A DNA stretch of 44,211 bases from Octopus sinensis (lineage: Eukaryota). The translations under genes were made by a program, and so were the position numbers. The notes below the pieces were generated by a model. The model was given only the letters and a program-made list of their open reading frames with translations. It made no database searches and had not been told where the DNA came from. Positions within the stretch are counted from its first letter, which is position 1. Every line of letters starts with the position of its first letter. The stretch covers positions 1 through 44,211 of the forward strand of contig NW_021835081.1 of NCBI RefSeq assembly GCF_006345805.1, in the 5' to 3' direction. Shown here in pieces: positions 33,523 to 44,211 of the stretch.

Positions 33523-34199
33523 TATATATATATATATATATACATATACATGTAGAGGGAGGTAGTACATATATGTATGTATATATGCATATATTGTATT
33601 TATTTATTAATTATAATATATATATAATATGTATATATATATATATACAGTCGTCCTGTTTTAGCTTGTTATGCCACCTGGGTAGAGCCTGTGGATTGCG
33701 TGAAAGCACCAGACGTGTTATAAAATGTTGTCTGAGTTGTTTTCCCTCGCATGAAACTAATAGTAGCTCATAAAAATATATACTGTGTTTTTATTAAATT
33801 ATATTTATCTTTCACACAGATGGAGTGCGTCTTTTTTTTTTTCGTTGATCATACCATCACGTAACAGTACATGCATGACTGAGTGAATGTGTGCGGAGTG
33901 GGGTGGAGTACAGATATTCAAAACTGAATGCTTTAAATAACTATTAAATGATTACTAATCAACCTTCTGGGGTGGGCAAAAACAAACAACACCAATGATA
34001 CCAGAGATGATGGACGATGAACAAGTAATGCAGTTACGTTGTCTCGCAAATCTCAAATCGTTGGGTGTGAAATTCTAAGAACGGTTGGTTGCCATGAATA
34101 GCAATGTCGAATGACTGCGTAAGGGAATCCCTCGAGGACTCGGTTTCATCTTCGCTTTAAATATTAGCAGAATGTCATCATTGATTAGTGTTGGCTCCA

Positions 34200-34316
34200 T
34201 AACTAATATCATATACTTATACATATACATAACATACATACATACATGCATACATACATATATATATATATAGATGCATACATACATACAACACATATAT
34301 ATATATATATATATAA

Positions 34317-34347
<31 letters not shown>

Positions 34348-34455
34348 ATATTATATATTATATATGTATATATGATATATGATATATAATATATATATAT
34401 ATATATATGTATATATAAAACAAGGTGTACGTACGCTGCTATATATATATATATA
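34200..34455. repeat. (TA)n/(ACAT)n microsatellite
   Basis: Directly visible. Confidence 0.9.
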
Positions 34456-35037
34456 AATAAATGCAAAATAGGACAACAACGCAAAACATTCAAATAGACG
34501 ATACAAAAAACACGGACGGGTCATTCGAAGACTCTAATCTTCAGTCAAGAACCGGATCATCCTCGCAATTTCGGCTGATTAATCTTGAGATTGCTCCAAT
34601 CTGGCCAGCCCCTGTCCCTGTCTTTCTCTTTCCTCGCCAATCCTTGTTTTTTCGGTCTACTCTCTCCCCCTCTCTCACATTTCTTTGCCTTTCTTACTTT
34701 GCACTTCACTGTCCCTATCTTTCTTTTTTCTCGCCAATCCTTGACACGCTCTCTTTCTTCTCCCCCTCCTTAATTACTTGTTCCTCTTTCCTCTCTCTTC
34801 TCCCCCTCCTTAGCACCTTCGTTTCTCCTTTTCTCTCTCTTCTCCCCTCTTTAATTCCTTTGCCCCTCTTTTTCTCTCCCTTCTCTTCTCACGTGACCGC
34901 TGGCCAACTATAGCACTTTCGCTTCCGACCACCGTTATGATAACACCGCTTTCTTCGTCTGCCGGAAGGCCTTATTTCTCAAATACGCTAACTGAGTTCA
35001 AGTCGTCCCTGGTCGAAAGACGCCTGTTGTTATGTCC

Positions 35038-35039
<2 letters not shown>

Positions 35040-35103
<64 letters not shown>

Positions 35104-35266
35104 TGTTTTTGTATTTATATTCGTATTATTATTTGGGGTTTTTTTGTATTTATATTCGTGTAACATCGTCCGTTTGTTCTGTCTACGTTTCGTATACATT
35201 CAATCCTTTTTCTAAGAATCTAATGCTCGTAGCTTAGTTGTATCTATCAATTTATCTTGGTGTATA

Positions 35267-35336
<70 letters not shown>

Positions 35337-35365
35337 CATACATACACATATAATACAGACACACA

Positions 35366-35400
<35 letters not shown>
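35040..35400. repeat. (ATT)n and (TA)n microsatellites
   Basis: Directly visible. Confidence 0.85.
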
Positions 35401-35408
<8 letters not shown>

Positions 35409-35419
35409 ATATGTGTACA

Positions 35420-36065
35420 TTCATATTTATTATATCAAAGACAATGTCTTTATGTGTTCGTGTATTACTTATACATTCGAAAACTGCTGCACCGATCATA
35501 ATGAAATTTGGAACACAAAATCCAAGCCTAGGGAGAAGGGTAATGCTGTGTGTTTCATACAATTTCATGGTCCAAAATTACAGAATGGATCCTTATGATA
35601 TTTGAAACTTAGATTCAATGCATAAGGGCGGGTATGATGCAATATGTTTGGTTTGAATTTCAGATGGCTTAAAGGGGGCAGAACCCCCCATGAAAATTCA
35701 TAAATTTTCGATGTTGATGAAATTTCAACCATGGGTAATTGACACACATCAAGAAGTCTTCTCAAAGTTTCCACTTCACATGAGGATTCTAAGACACCCT
35801 AATGGGGGCCTTAACACCCAAATTTTAGTCATTTCTTTCATGATCCAAAACTAAGTCAAAAGTACTGAATGGATTTTTATGAAATTTGGAAATTATATTC
35901 TACGCATAAGGGCCACTCCCATGACAATTCATATATTTTTGCTGTTGATGAAATTTTAACCGTAGATATTAGACACAAATTAAGTAATATTTATAAAATT
36001 TCATCTTCTTACAAGTTAGAAAGACCCCTTCATGGGGACTTAACACCCACAATTTTTTCATTTTA
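35420..36065. mobile_element. Helitron-like non-coding element with diverged ~230-bp internal direct repeat
   Basis: aaactgctgcaccgatcataatgaaatttgg motif; gttgatgaaatttcaacc..ttaacaccca (~35713-35820) recurs as gttgatgaaattttaacc..ttaacaccca (~35944-36049). Confidence 0.45.
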
Positions 36066-36069
36066 TCTA

Positions 36070-36450
36070 AGCAAAGACGAATAGTTGTACTCTTGGAAGC
36101 TGTGGGGTCATCCGAGCATAGAAGATGAGCATTATTTGTAATTCAATGGTACAAGAGTGTAAGAGTTTGCTTTGACATATACTTAGATTGTAATTTCTGC
36201 AATGTGCTGCATAAATTGTCAAGTAAATGAGAGGCATTTTTGCCTCCACTGATTCAGTTGCAAAGTGTTGAGTAAAGTTATTTGATTGCAGGTCTCCTTT
36301 CAGTCTTTTTATTATCACTGGGTCACTTATAATCCCCAGATGGTAACATTGATTTCAAGATCAGTGACTGGTTATTCAAAGACATTTATAGATTGTATAT
36401 TTATTCTGTCCAGTAACGTATCAGTACAGTGGTCATTTGCAAACTCCAAC
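36070..36450 (-). pseudogene. Highly degenerate Helitron PIF1-type helicase C-terminal fragment
   Basis: Minus QSKLLHSCTIELQ..F....PRVQLFVFA resembles remembered QGQSLQVCGLNLE..F..SRV..LFVYA; upstream TDTLLD and DLEINV fit the preceding motifs. Weak. Confidence 0.35.
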
Positions 36451-37194
36451 TTTCATTTCTCCTTAGCCCTCACGTCACACAGTTGTTAATGTTTATTTCA
36501 TTTGGGTCACGCCCTTCCAATTGCTATAGATTCGTAATGCATCTTACGGCTGTGCCTGTCACCTGCATGGTGAGGAATACTACATTGGGAGTGGTAACGA
36601 CTAGGGTACTGTAGCTGACTGCTTATTGTGATCATTCATCTTTTGATTTCCTGTAGCTTTGCTCTCTTTTACAAACCCAGTGAACATATATTTCCTATTT
36701 CAAAGAAATTCAAACAATAGATATAAGACCCAAGTTAAAAAGATTCTCAACAATTCAATTTCTCTGCTTGACATTAAGATGCCCACCCCCAATAGGGGCG
36801 TTAACTCTCACAAAGGAGCAAAATCCTTTTAACAGGTTCTATAAGACTGGAATTTTGGAGTAGCTCAAATACGCGGTGTACCCCTGGTGGTGAACTATTA
36901 TAGGGGAGACAATCCGTTCTAGATTAAGTTGGGTGTGGGTTTGAAAGTTTGAAATTTACACGAAAGAGTAAAGAAAAAAGTATGCAAATGTACGCATCTA
37001 ATAAATATATTTTTCTACACAATATTAAGATCTTAAAGTTTCTTGTCGTTGGAATCCACGTATATCACTGTTTCATCCTTATTTGGAATCAACAGCATGG
37101 CATAACTGGAGGCAAATTAATTAATGTTGGTATTCATCAACTGAAGTGAATGCTAATAATGTCAGTGGAACCGGAAATTGTATCGTCTTCTGTG

Positions 37195-38045
37195 AGGAGG
37201 AGGAGGAGGAGGAGCTGGTGGAAGAAGAGAAGGAGGAGGAAGAGCAAGAGGATTGTTAAACATCCCATTGCTATATTTTTCAAGACAGGGAGCAAAAATA
37301 CACCCTATAGCTCCCACCACCACTACCACCAACACCACCACTACTACTAACCACGAAACCACTACTAACATTGGCATAGTTACTCTCTACCACCACCGTT
37401 ACCATCGCCACTACCAACTGAACCTCGACCACCACTGTTACCACCACCACCAACACCAACACCACCTCTACAACCACTATTACCGCCACCATTTATACCA
37501 TCACCACTACCAACACAACCACCACAGCAACTATCACCGCCACCCCAACCACCATCACTCTTTAACAAACAAACCACTACTCCTACCACAGCCATTATCA
37601 TCACCCTCTGCCATCACTACCAGTACCACCACCACCCACTACCACCACTATCATCACCACCATCACCACCACCCATTATTATCACTACCACCTCCAACAC
37701 TACCACCTGCTACCATCAGTACCAACACCATCATCACCACCATCACCACCGCCACCACCCATTACTATCACTACCACCACCACCACCCCCGACCATCACT
37801 GCCACCACCACCACCACCACCATCACCACCGTCACCACCCATTACTATCACTACCACCACCACCACTACCACCTGCTACCATCAGTACCAACACCACCAT
37901 CACCACCATCACCACCGCCACCACCCATTACTATCACTACCGCCACCACCACCACCTATTACTATCACTACCACCGCCACTACCACCACTCGACCATCAC
38001 TGCCACCACCACCACCACCACCACCACCACCACCGCCTCCCAATC
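37195..38045. repeat. (GAG)n then (CAC/CAT/TAC)n low-complexity tract with a recurring cccattactatcactaccacc subunit
   Basis: Directly visible; source of the 272-aa His/Pro/Thr ORF. Confidence 0.85.
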
Positions 38046-38169
38046 ACAAAAAAAAACACCAACAAGAATAACTTTATTTTACGCTAATTACCAACTTTAA
38101 TTTGCTGTCCAAACAATTAACCCAAGCAAAAGTTTTACAAAACTCTTCTCTTGTATGTCCAAGGATCTG

Positions 38170-38193
38170 TTGTAGGTGAAGTGTGTGTCTGTG

Positions 38194-38236
<43 letters not shown>

Positions 38237-38255
38237 TGTGTGTTGTGTGTGTGTG

Positions 38256-38288
<33 letters not shown>

Positions 38289-38582
38289 GTGTTTGTGTGG
38301 TGTGTGTTTGTGTGTGTCTGTGTGTGTGCATGTTTCTCTTGAAGCGTGTTTACAAATGTACGTGTGCACTAGTGTGGGTGTGTATGTTAATGTGTATGTG
38401 TTGAAGGGTGTGTGTTTGCGAATGGATATGTAGGTGCTTGTATATGTATGCGTATGTGTATTTACGAGCGTGAACACTGGTGTGTGTGAGTGTATATGTA
38501 TATGTATATATATGTGTGTGTGTGTGTCTACGAATGTATATGTTTGCGTTTGTGCGCTGGTCTATGCATATGTACATGTTGT

Positions 38583-38613
<31 letters not shown>

Positions 38614-38745
38614 CGGGTATATACGTGTATGTGAATGCGTGTATGTGTGTTTTACTATTGCTTAATCTTTCATTTACCCTCAAGCAAAGCTTACTGACCA
38701 CCACCACCACCACCACCACACCAACAACAACAACAACAACACTTA
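38170..38745. repeat. (TG)n field, then (CAC)/(AAC)n
   Basis: Directly visible. Confidence 0.9.
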
Positions 38746-38984
38746 CTCGACTAGGGTCACCTGGTACATTACATTGCACTAATTTCACACGGGGTTATTA
38801 AGAGTTTCTCTAAAGACGTTACGTCATGTTGCAGCCTAAGCTGTGAAGGTTGAGACACGGTTTCAAATTCGCCCTAAAGCTCAACTTAAAAACGAAACTC
38901 AGCAACCGATAACTAACATAATTTGATCCTCGCATATCGATCGTTGTAGTTCTTACCTTTTGTCTGAAGGTTTCGTTGCGTGAT

Positions 38985-39283
38985 TTTAAGAGGATCAATT
39001 TGCAGCCATGTAGATTCGGGGTTCGGTCCCACTGTGCGGCTGCAGCACTTTGGACTAGTGGTTTCTGTTATGACTCCGGGCCCATCAAGGCTTCGTGCGT
39101 CGATTTGGTGGACGGAAACTGTGTGAAAGACTGACGTATATACATGTGTGTGTTGTGTGTGTGCGTGTGTGTGTGTGTGTGTGCGTGTGTGTTTGTATGG
39201 AGAGAGAGAGAGAGTGTGTGTATGTGTGTATGATAGATAGGTGAATAGATAGGTGAATAGATAGATAGATAGATAGATTGATT

Positions 39284-39350
<67 letters not shown>

Positions 39351-39650
39351 CGACAGGTAGATAGAGACAAACGGACAGACGGACATACAGACTGACAGAT
39401 GGATGCATATATAAGCGTTCGCGCGTGTTTTTATGTCTGTAATTGTCACCCCCAGCTACCGCTTTACAACCGGTGTTGTCTTGTTTATCCCCCTGTAAGT
39501 CAGTGGTTCGGCAAAAAGTACCGATGAAATAAGTTCTAAACTTTATAAAGCAATTAGTACCGGGGTCAGTTTGTTCGACTAAAACCCTTCAATGCGGTAC
39601 CCGTGCATGAACGCAATCCAATAACTGAAACTAGTCCAAGACAAAAGATT
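38985..39650 (+). mobile_element. Old SINE family B copy with internal (TG)(GA)(GATA) microsatellite
   Basis: ggggttcggtcccactgtgc..gatttggtggacggaaactg, microsatellite, ccgctttacaaccggtgttg..tttgttcgactaaaacccttc. Confidence 0.65.
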
Positions 39651-39807
39651 TCAGAAGTTCTCCTCTTTTCCTTCTTGCATACCTCTTGATCATATCCAGC
39701 AAAGTTGGTGTACCGCTTCACAAGAATGGAGTGCAAAATGGTTGGATACCATGAAATACAATAACAAATCAAACAATGAGATTTGTATTATTTGTTTAGC
39801 AGAATAA

Positions 39808-40202
39808 GGCGGCGAGCTGGCAGAAACGTCAGCACGCCGGGCGAAATGCGTAGCCGTATTTCGTCTGCCGCTACGTTCTGAGTTCAAATTCCGCCGAGGT
39901 CGACTTTGCCTTTCATCCTTTCGGGGTCGATAAATTAAGTACCAGTTACGCACTGGGGTCGATGTAATCGACTTAATCCGTTTGTCTGTCCTTGTTTGTC
40001 CTCTCTGTGTTTAGCCCCTTGTGGGTAGTAAAGAAATAGGTAGTTCATCTGATGTTACGTTCTGAGTTCAATTTCCGCCAAAGTCGACTTTGCCTTGAAT
40101 CCTTTCGGGGTCGATAAATTAAATACCAGTTTCGTACTGGTGTCGATCTAATCCACTGGCCCCTCCCCAAAATTTCAGGCCTTGTGCCTAGAATAGAAAC
40201 GA
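39808..40202 (+). mobile_element. SINE family A dimer
   Basis: Near-consensus first unit; junction aaagaaatag/gtagttcatctg at ~40040; second unit ends ggcccctccccaaaatttcaggccttgtg. Confidence 0.9.
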
Positions 40203-40221
40203 TTATTTATTAGCAGAATAA

Positions 40222-40590
40222 GGCGGCGAGCTGGCAGAAACGTTTGCACTCCGGGCGAAATGCGTAGCAGAATTTCGTCTGCCGTTACGTTGTGAGTTCA
40301 AATTCCGCCGAAGTCGACTTTGCCTTTCATCCTTTCGGGGTCGATTAAATAAGTACCAGTTATGTACTGAGGTCGATGTAATCGACTATCTCCGCCCCCA
40401 AATCTTCAGGCCTTTTGCCTACAGTAGAAAGGATTATTTGTGAGCAGAATCGTTAGAGCGTCGAGGTGGAAGCAATATTTGCGCCAGTTCTTTCAGCTCT
40501 TTCAATCCTTATTCTACAGCGGTCAGCTTTGATTTTTTTGTTTTATGTTCGATAACATAAAGTACCAGTCAAGTTTTGGTACCAATGCCT
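40222..40590 (+). mobile_element. SINE family A monomer (second tail type) followed by an older diverged copy
   Basis: Head ggcggcgagctggcagaaacg at 40222, tail ccccaaatcttcaggccttttgcc; decayed unit from ~40445. Confidence 0.8.
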
Positions 40591-41089
40591 TTATTCATAA
40601 ATCGTAACGTTTATTTTAAACTAGCATTATGACCCGTCGTTGCCGGGTATATATATGTGTACATATTACATGTACATTTATATATATACATCTACACATA
40701 AAATACAAAATACAAAGTTATATCTTGATATCGCTAGTGATAACAATACTCAAAATATATAACAGACTGGAATTGTAGGCCCGTCCTACGTCCCAGATAT
40801 AAAGGTGAAAATAAAATATTTCCACTTTGCAAGGTTGGAGTCGAGTACTCCCTTGCACGCTCGAACTTTGCTTCTATTGCGGCGAATTTACTGCCTCTGG
40901 TTAGATATCTTTCATAGTCGCACCAAGACACTTTTCGATGGTGCTTTCCTCCAGGTGTTCAAATCTTTTTTTTTCTTTATATTGTATACTTTATAGACAA
41001 TAGTCTTTTCTTTAATTTAATTTTTTATTTCGTTTGGTGATATTATCCTAGATTCACCGTCTTTGTCGGTGATCAATCCGAAATAGGTT

Positions 41090-41148
41090 TGTACGTATGT
41101 ATGTATAGTGTATGTATGTATGTATGTATGTATATGTATGTATGTATG

Positions 41149-41180
<32 letters not shown>

Positions 41181-41275
41181 TGTATGTATGTATGTATGTA
41201 TGTATGTATGTATGTATGTATGTATGCATGTGTGCGTGCGTGCGTGCGTGTGTATGTATGTATGTATATGCGTGC
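41090..41275. repeat. (TATG)n microsatellite
   Basis: Directly visible. Confidence 0.95.
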
Positions 41276-41589
41276 GGTATAAACAAAGAAGACATTGCAT
41301 GGCTATTTAACATATTAGAAATAACAACCTAAATAACGCTCAGATCACATACTACAAATAATTCTCTTTTCTTTTTTTAATTAAACGAACGACACATTCG
41401 ACAATATACTCCTGGGTACACAACGCCTGTAAAAAGCAAAAACAAAAACAATGAAAAAAACGGCATCGGACGGGTAATATATACCCTTCTCGTATACAAG
41501 GATAAAATACAATTCAGTTTCATAATCTCAGACGGCTTTATATTTCACCAAAATGACATCAAGAGTTATTTTTCCTGCTTATCATTTAC

Positions 41590-42135
41590 GCATACTCTTT
41601 ACTATTTTTACTTGTTTCAGTCATTTGACCGTGGTCATGCTGGAGCACCGCCTTTAGTCGAGCAAATCGACCCCAGTACTTATTCTATCGGGCTCTTTTG
41701 CCGAACCGCTATGTTACGAGGACGTAAACACACCAGCATCGGTTGTCAAGCGATGTTGGGGGGGTGTGACAAACACAGTCACACAAACATATACACACAC
41801 ATACATATACATATATATATATAAACATTTAAATAATGAGGGAGATAAATTGAATATTAATTTAATTAATATCAATTTAAAACCAGTAGCCTAGCATACA
41901 AAAATCTGAAAAATCAGAGAAAATTCTAATACATGTGTATATTTAAAAGGGCTAAAAACCCACTAAGTGGTCTACGACGGGCTTCTTTCAGTTTCCGTCT
42001 ACCAAATCCACTCACAAGGCTTTGGTCGGCCCGAGGCTATAGTAGAAGATACTTGCCCAAGGTGCCCCTCAGTGGGACTGAATCTGGAACCATGTGGTTC
42101 GAAAGCAAGCTACTTACCACACAGTTACTCCTACG
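41590..42135 (-). mobile_element. SINE family B with a ~150-bp foreign insert (41822-41972) in its internal (TA)n
   Basis: Both halves match 21280-21744; the AT-rich insert lies exactly at the microsatellite position. Confidence 0.85.
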
Positions 42136-42139
42136 CGTA

Positions 42140-42335
42140 TGTAGCAAAAAAAACCCAAACATTTTGAATCACCCGTCCGCCAAAATTTAATAAGATCGAG
42201 CCACTCAACCAATGAGTAGTTCTGTCAAATTTGGTGAAAATCTATTCGACCGTTTTTCAGTAATTTTGCAAACACACAGAAAAACTGACGAACGGCTACA
42301 ATACCCTGCTTTTGCTTACGCGCGCAGCGTCAAAG
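42140..42335 (+). mobile_element. DINE/Helentron-like non-autonomous element 3' part
   Basis: aaatttggtgaaaatc..accgtttttcag..ctacaataccctgc..gcagcgtcaa resembles remembered DINE-type termini. Confidence 0.35.
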
Positions 42336-42769
42336 GACAGGATGGTTACGACGAGAACATAATAAATCAACTTGACTTGAATATAAAAATATCGACTTGA
42401 ACGTGTCCCACTTGTGACAACGATAGTTACAGCAACAACAACAACAATAATAACGACAACAATAACAACAGTAATATAAGATGTACGTAACAACGATGAT
42501 AAGGAATGCTCTCGTTGTGAAGAGTTAAACAGAGTTGTAGGAAGACGTGATTTAATGGCTGACGTTTTACCAGTAGAGAAGAGGTCAGCCAGAGTCAAAG
42601 GTCAGCCAATAACACACGGTGGGTGATCTTTGTTGTATCATGTTCGGTTAATTTATTTGTTCTGACACACAATCTCCTTACGGTCGTTCTTTATTTTCTT
42701 CGCCTCAAATAGCACAGGTGTGTGTGTGTGTTGTATACATGAACATATATTTATATATATTTAAACACG

Positions 42770-42805
42770 CACACACATATACATGCATACATACATGTGT
42801 ATATA

Positions 42806-42845
<40 letters not shown>

Positions 42846-42867
42846 ATATATATATATATATCTTTAT

Positions 42868-42938
<71 letters not shown>

Positions 42939-42945
42939 ATAGATG
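42770..42945. repeat. (TA)n/(GATA)n microsatellite
   Basis: Directly visible. Confidence 0.95.
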
Positions 42946-43394
42946 TAAAAATAGGATATATGTGTATGTACTTTCATGTATGCATATATGTGTATGTGTG
43001 TGTTTGTCTGTAGGTCTGCGTGCAATACACACACGTACCTGTATATTTATGTATATGTATCGCTGCTGGAATATATGTGTATGCTTATGTATATGTGAGA
43101 ATGTGTGACAAGACATGGCACGGATTTGTCTGTATTATTCTAAATATGTATATATTTATATGTTAATGTATGTTTGTTTATTATTGAATATATGTGTGTA
43201 TTATCGCGGGTGTCGCAGCATTTGTTAAAAACATTAGGTTTGCCTTAGTACATATTTATGATTAATCTATACACTCTGTTTAATTCAATGATTAATTAAT
43301 CAATCAATTAATTAATTAATTGAATTAACAACCAGTAATGCATTATTTACTGAAACCTCCACATTTAATGCCTATGCATATTTACATAGCTACT

Positions 43395-44009
43395 TACCGT
43401 ATTTGTGAAAGCACTCCGTCGGTTACGACGATGAGGGTTCCGGTTGATCCGAATCAACGGAACAGCCTGCTCGTGAAATTAACGTGTAAGTGACTGAGCA
43501 CTCCACATACACGTGCACCCTTAACGTAGTTCTCGGGGATATTCAGCGTGACACAGAGAGTGACAAGGCCGGCCCTTTGAAATACAGGTACAACAGAAAC
43601 AGGAAGTAAGAGTGAGAGAAAGTTGTGGTGAAAGAGTACAGCAGGGATCACCACCACCCCCTGCCGGAGCCTCGTGGAGCTTTTAGGTGTTTTCGCTCAA
43701 TAAACACTCACAACGCCCGGTCTGGGAATCGAAACCGCGATCCTATGACCGCGAGTCCGCTGCCCTAACCACTGGGCCATTGCGCCTCCACACCGTATTT
43801 GATGACCTATAAGACGCACGAGTTCATAGAACATACCCGAGCCTAGGCTATTTTTTTGTAAAATAAATTACCACTAAAATAATGTTTTAATTCCTCCACT
43901 TACCTGTATAACTTTGAGCCTACATTGAGTGCATTGGACAGAGGGGAATTTTTTAACTCATTTTGGGGTAAAAAAAAAAAGTGCGTCTTGTAGGCCATCG
44001 AATACGGTA
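43395..44009. mobile_element. Pogo/Tc1-like MITE (~215 bp without the SINE) with ~29-bp TIRs
   Basis: Reconstructed left TIR taccgtatttgatgacctataagacgcac versus right gtgcgtcttgtaggccatcgaatacggta (43981-44009); TA termini. Confidence 0.75.
43406..43791 (-). mobile_element. tRNA-derived SINE family D with 10-bp TSD
   Basis: Minus head gtggaggcgcaatggcccagtggttagggcagcggactcgcggtcataggatcgcggtttcgattcccagacc; TSD accgtatttg at 43396-43405 and 43792-43801. Confidence 0.9.
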
Positions 44010-44211
44010 TTTTTCAGTTGACCGAATAGTAGTCTGTGTGACTACTGCTGAGTAACCCAACTAGATCTAAAACTGGTCAGGTTATTCTCCTCTTCCTTTT
44101 TTCTGCGCACGAACGAGGAAGCGAGAAAAATAAGTTTATGTCTGCTCAAAGTCGCCTAAAAGATACATTACATTTACCTTGGCACATATACACATACATA
44201 CATATTGCTAA

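Noticed and set aside
37253-38071. 272-aa His/Pro/Thr-rich ORF, the longest in the window
   Set aside because: Lies entirely in a CAC/CAT/TAC tract that lacks stops by composition; similar tracts occur elsewhere here without an ORF.
1092-39953. Recurrent peptide MRNWYLIYRPRKDERQSRPRRNLNSE in several ORFs
   Set aside because: It is the antisense reading of the family A SINE core; recurrence reflects SINE copy number, not a gene family.
73-43116. Most of the listed six-frame ORFs (poly-I, YI, CV, HT, YLSI repeats)
   Set aside because: They are translations of (TA)n, (TG)n, (ACAT)n, (GATA)n and trinucleotide tracts, with no domain content or splice structure.

Overview
Repeat-saturated, AT-rich eukaryotic non-coding DNA with no intact protein-coding gene I can support. 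The tRNA-derived SINE families and the microsatellite load look like an octopus (coleoid cephalopod) genome; this is an inference from remembered repeat families, not a database result. Nearly all six-frame ORFs are microsatellite or SINE artefacts. Main result: about 14 type I hammerhead-ribozyme (HHR) motifs at 10 loci, in short ORF-less elements resembling Penelope-like element (PLE) pseudo-LTRs, mostly next to (TA)n tracts. Four loci are head-to-head fold-backs. One is a tandem array of ~355-bp units, each with an HHR, which is a retrozyme/circRNA-like layout. The cores covary at the tertiary 3-8 pair (C3-G8, U3-A8 and A3-U8 all occur), which argues for selection on catalysis in the source elements. 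A degenerate PLE RT-thumb/GIY-YIG ORF (~16030-16800, minus) is a candidate autonomous relative. Also present: four SINE families (including a recurrent TSD-flanked dimer and a family with an internal microsatellite), a Tc1 transposase pseudogene, mariner- and pogo-like MITEs, Helitron-like remnants and one weak promoter/first-exon candidate. Coordinates were counted by hand; boundaries of degenerate repeats are approximate.
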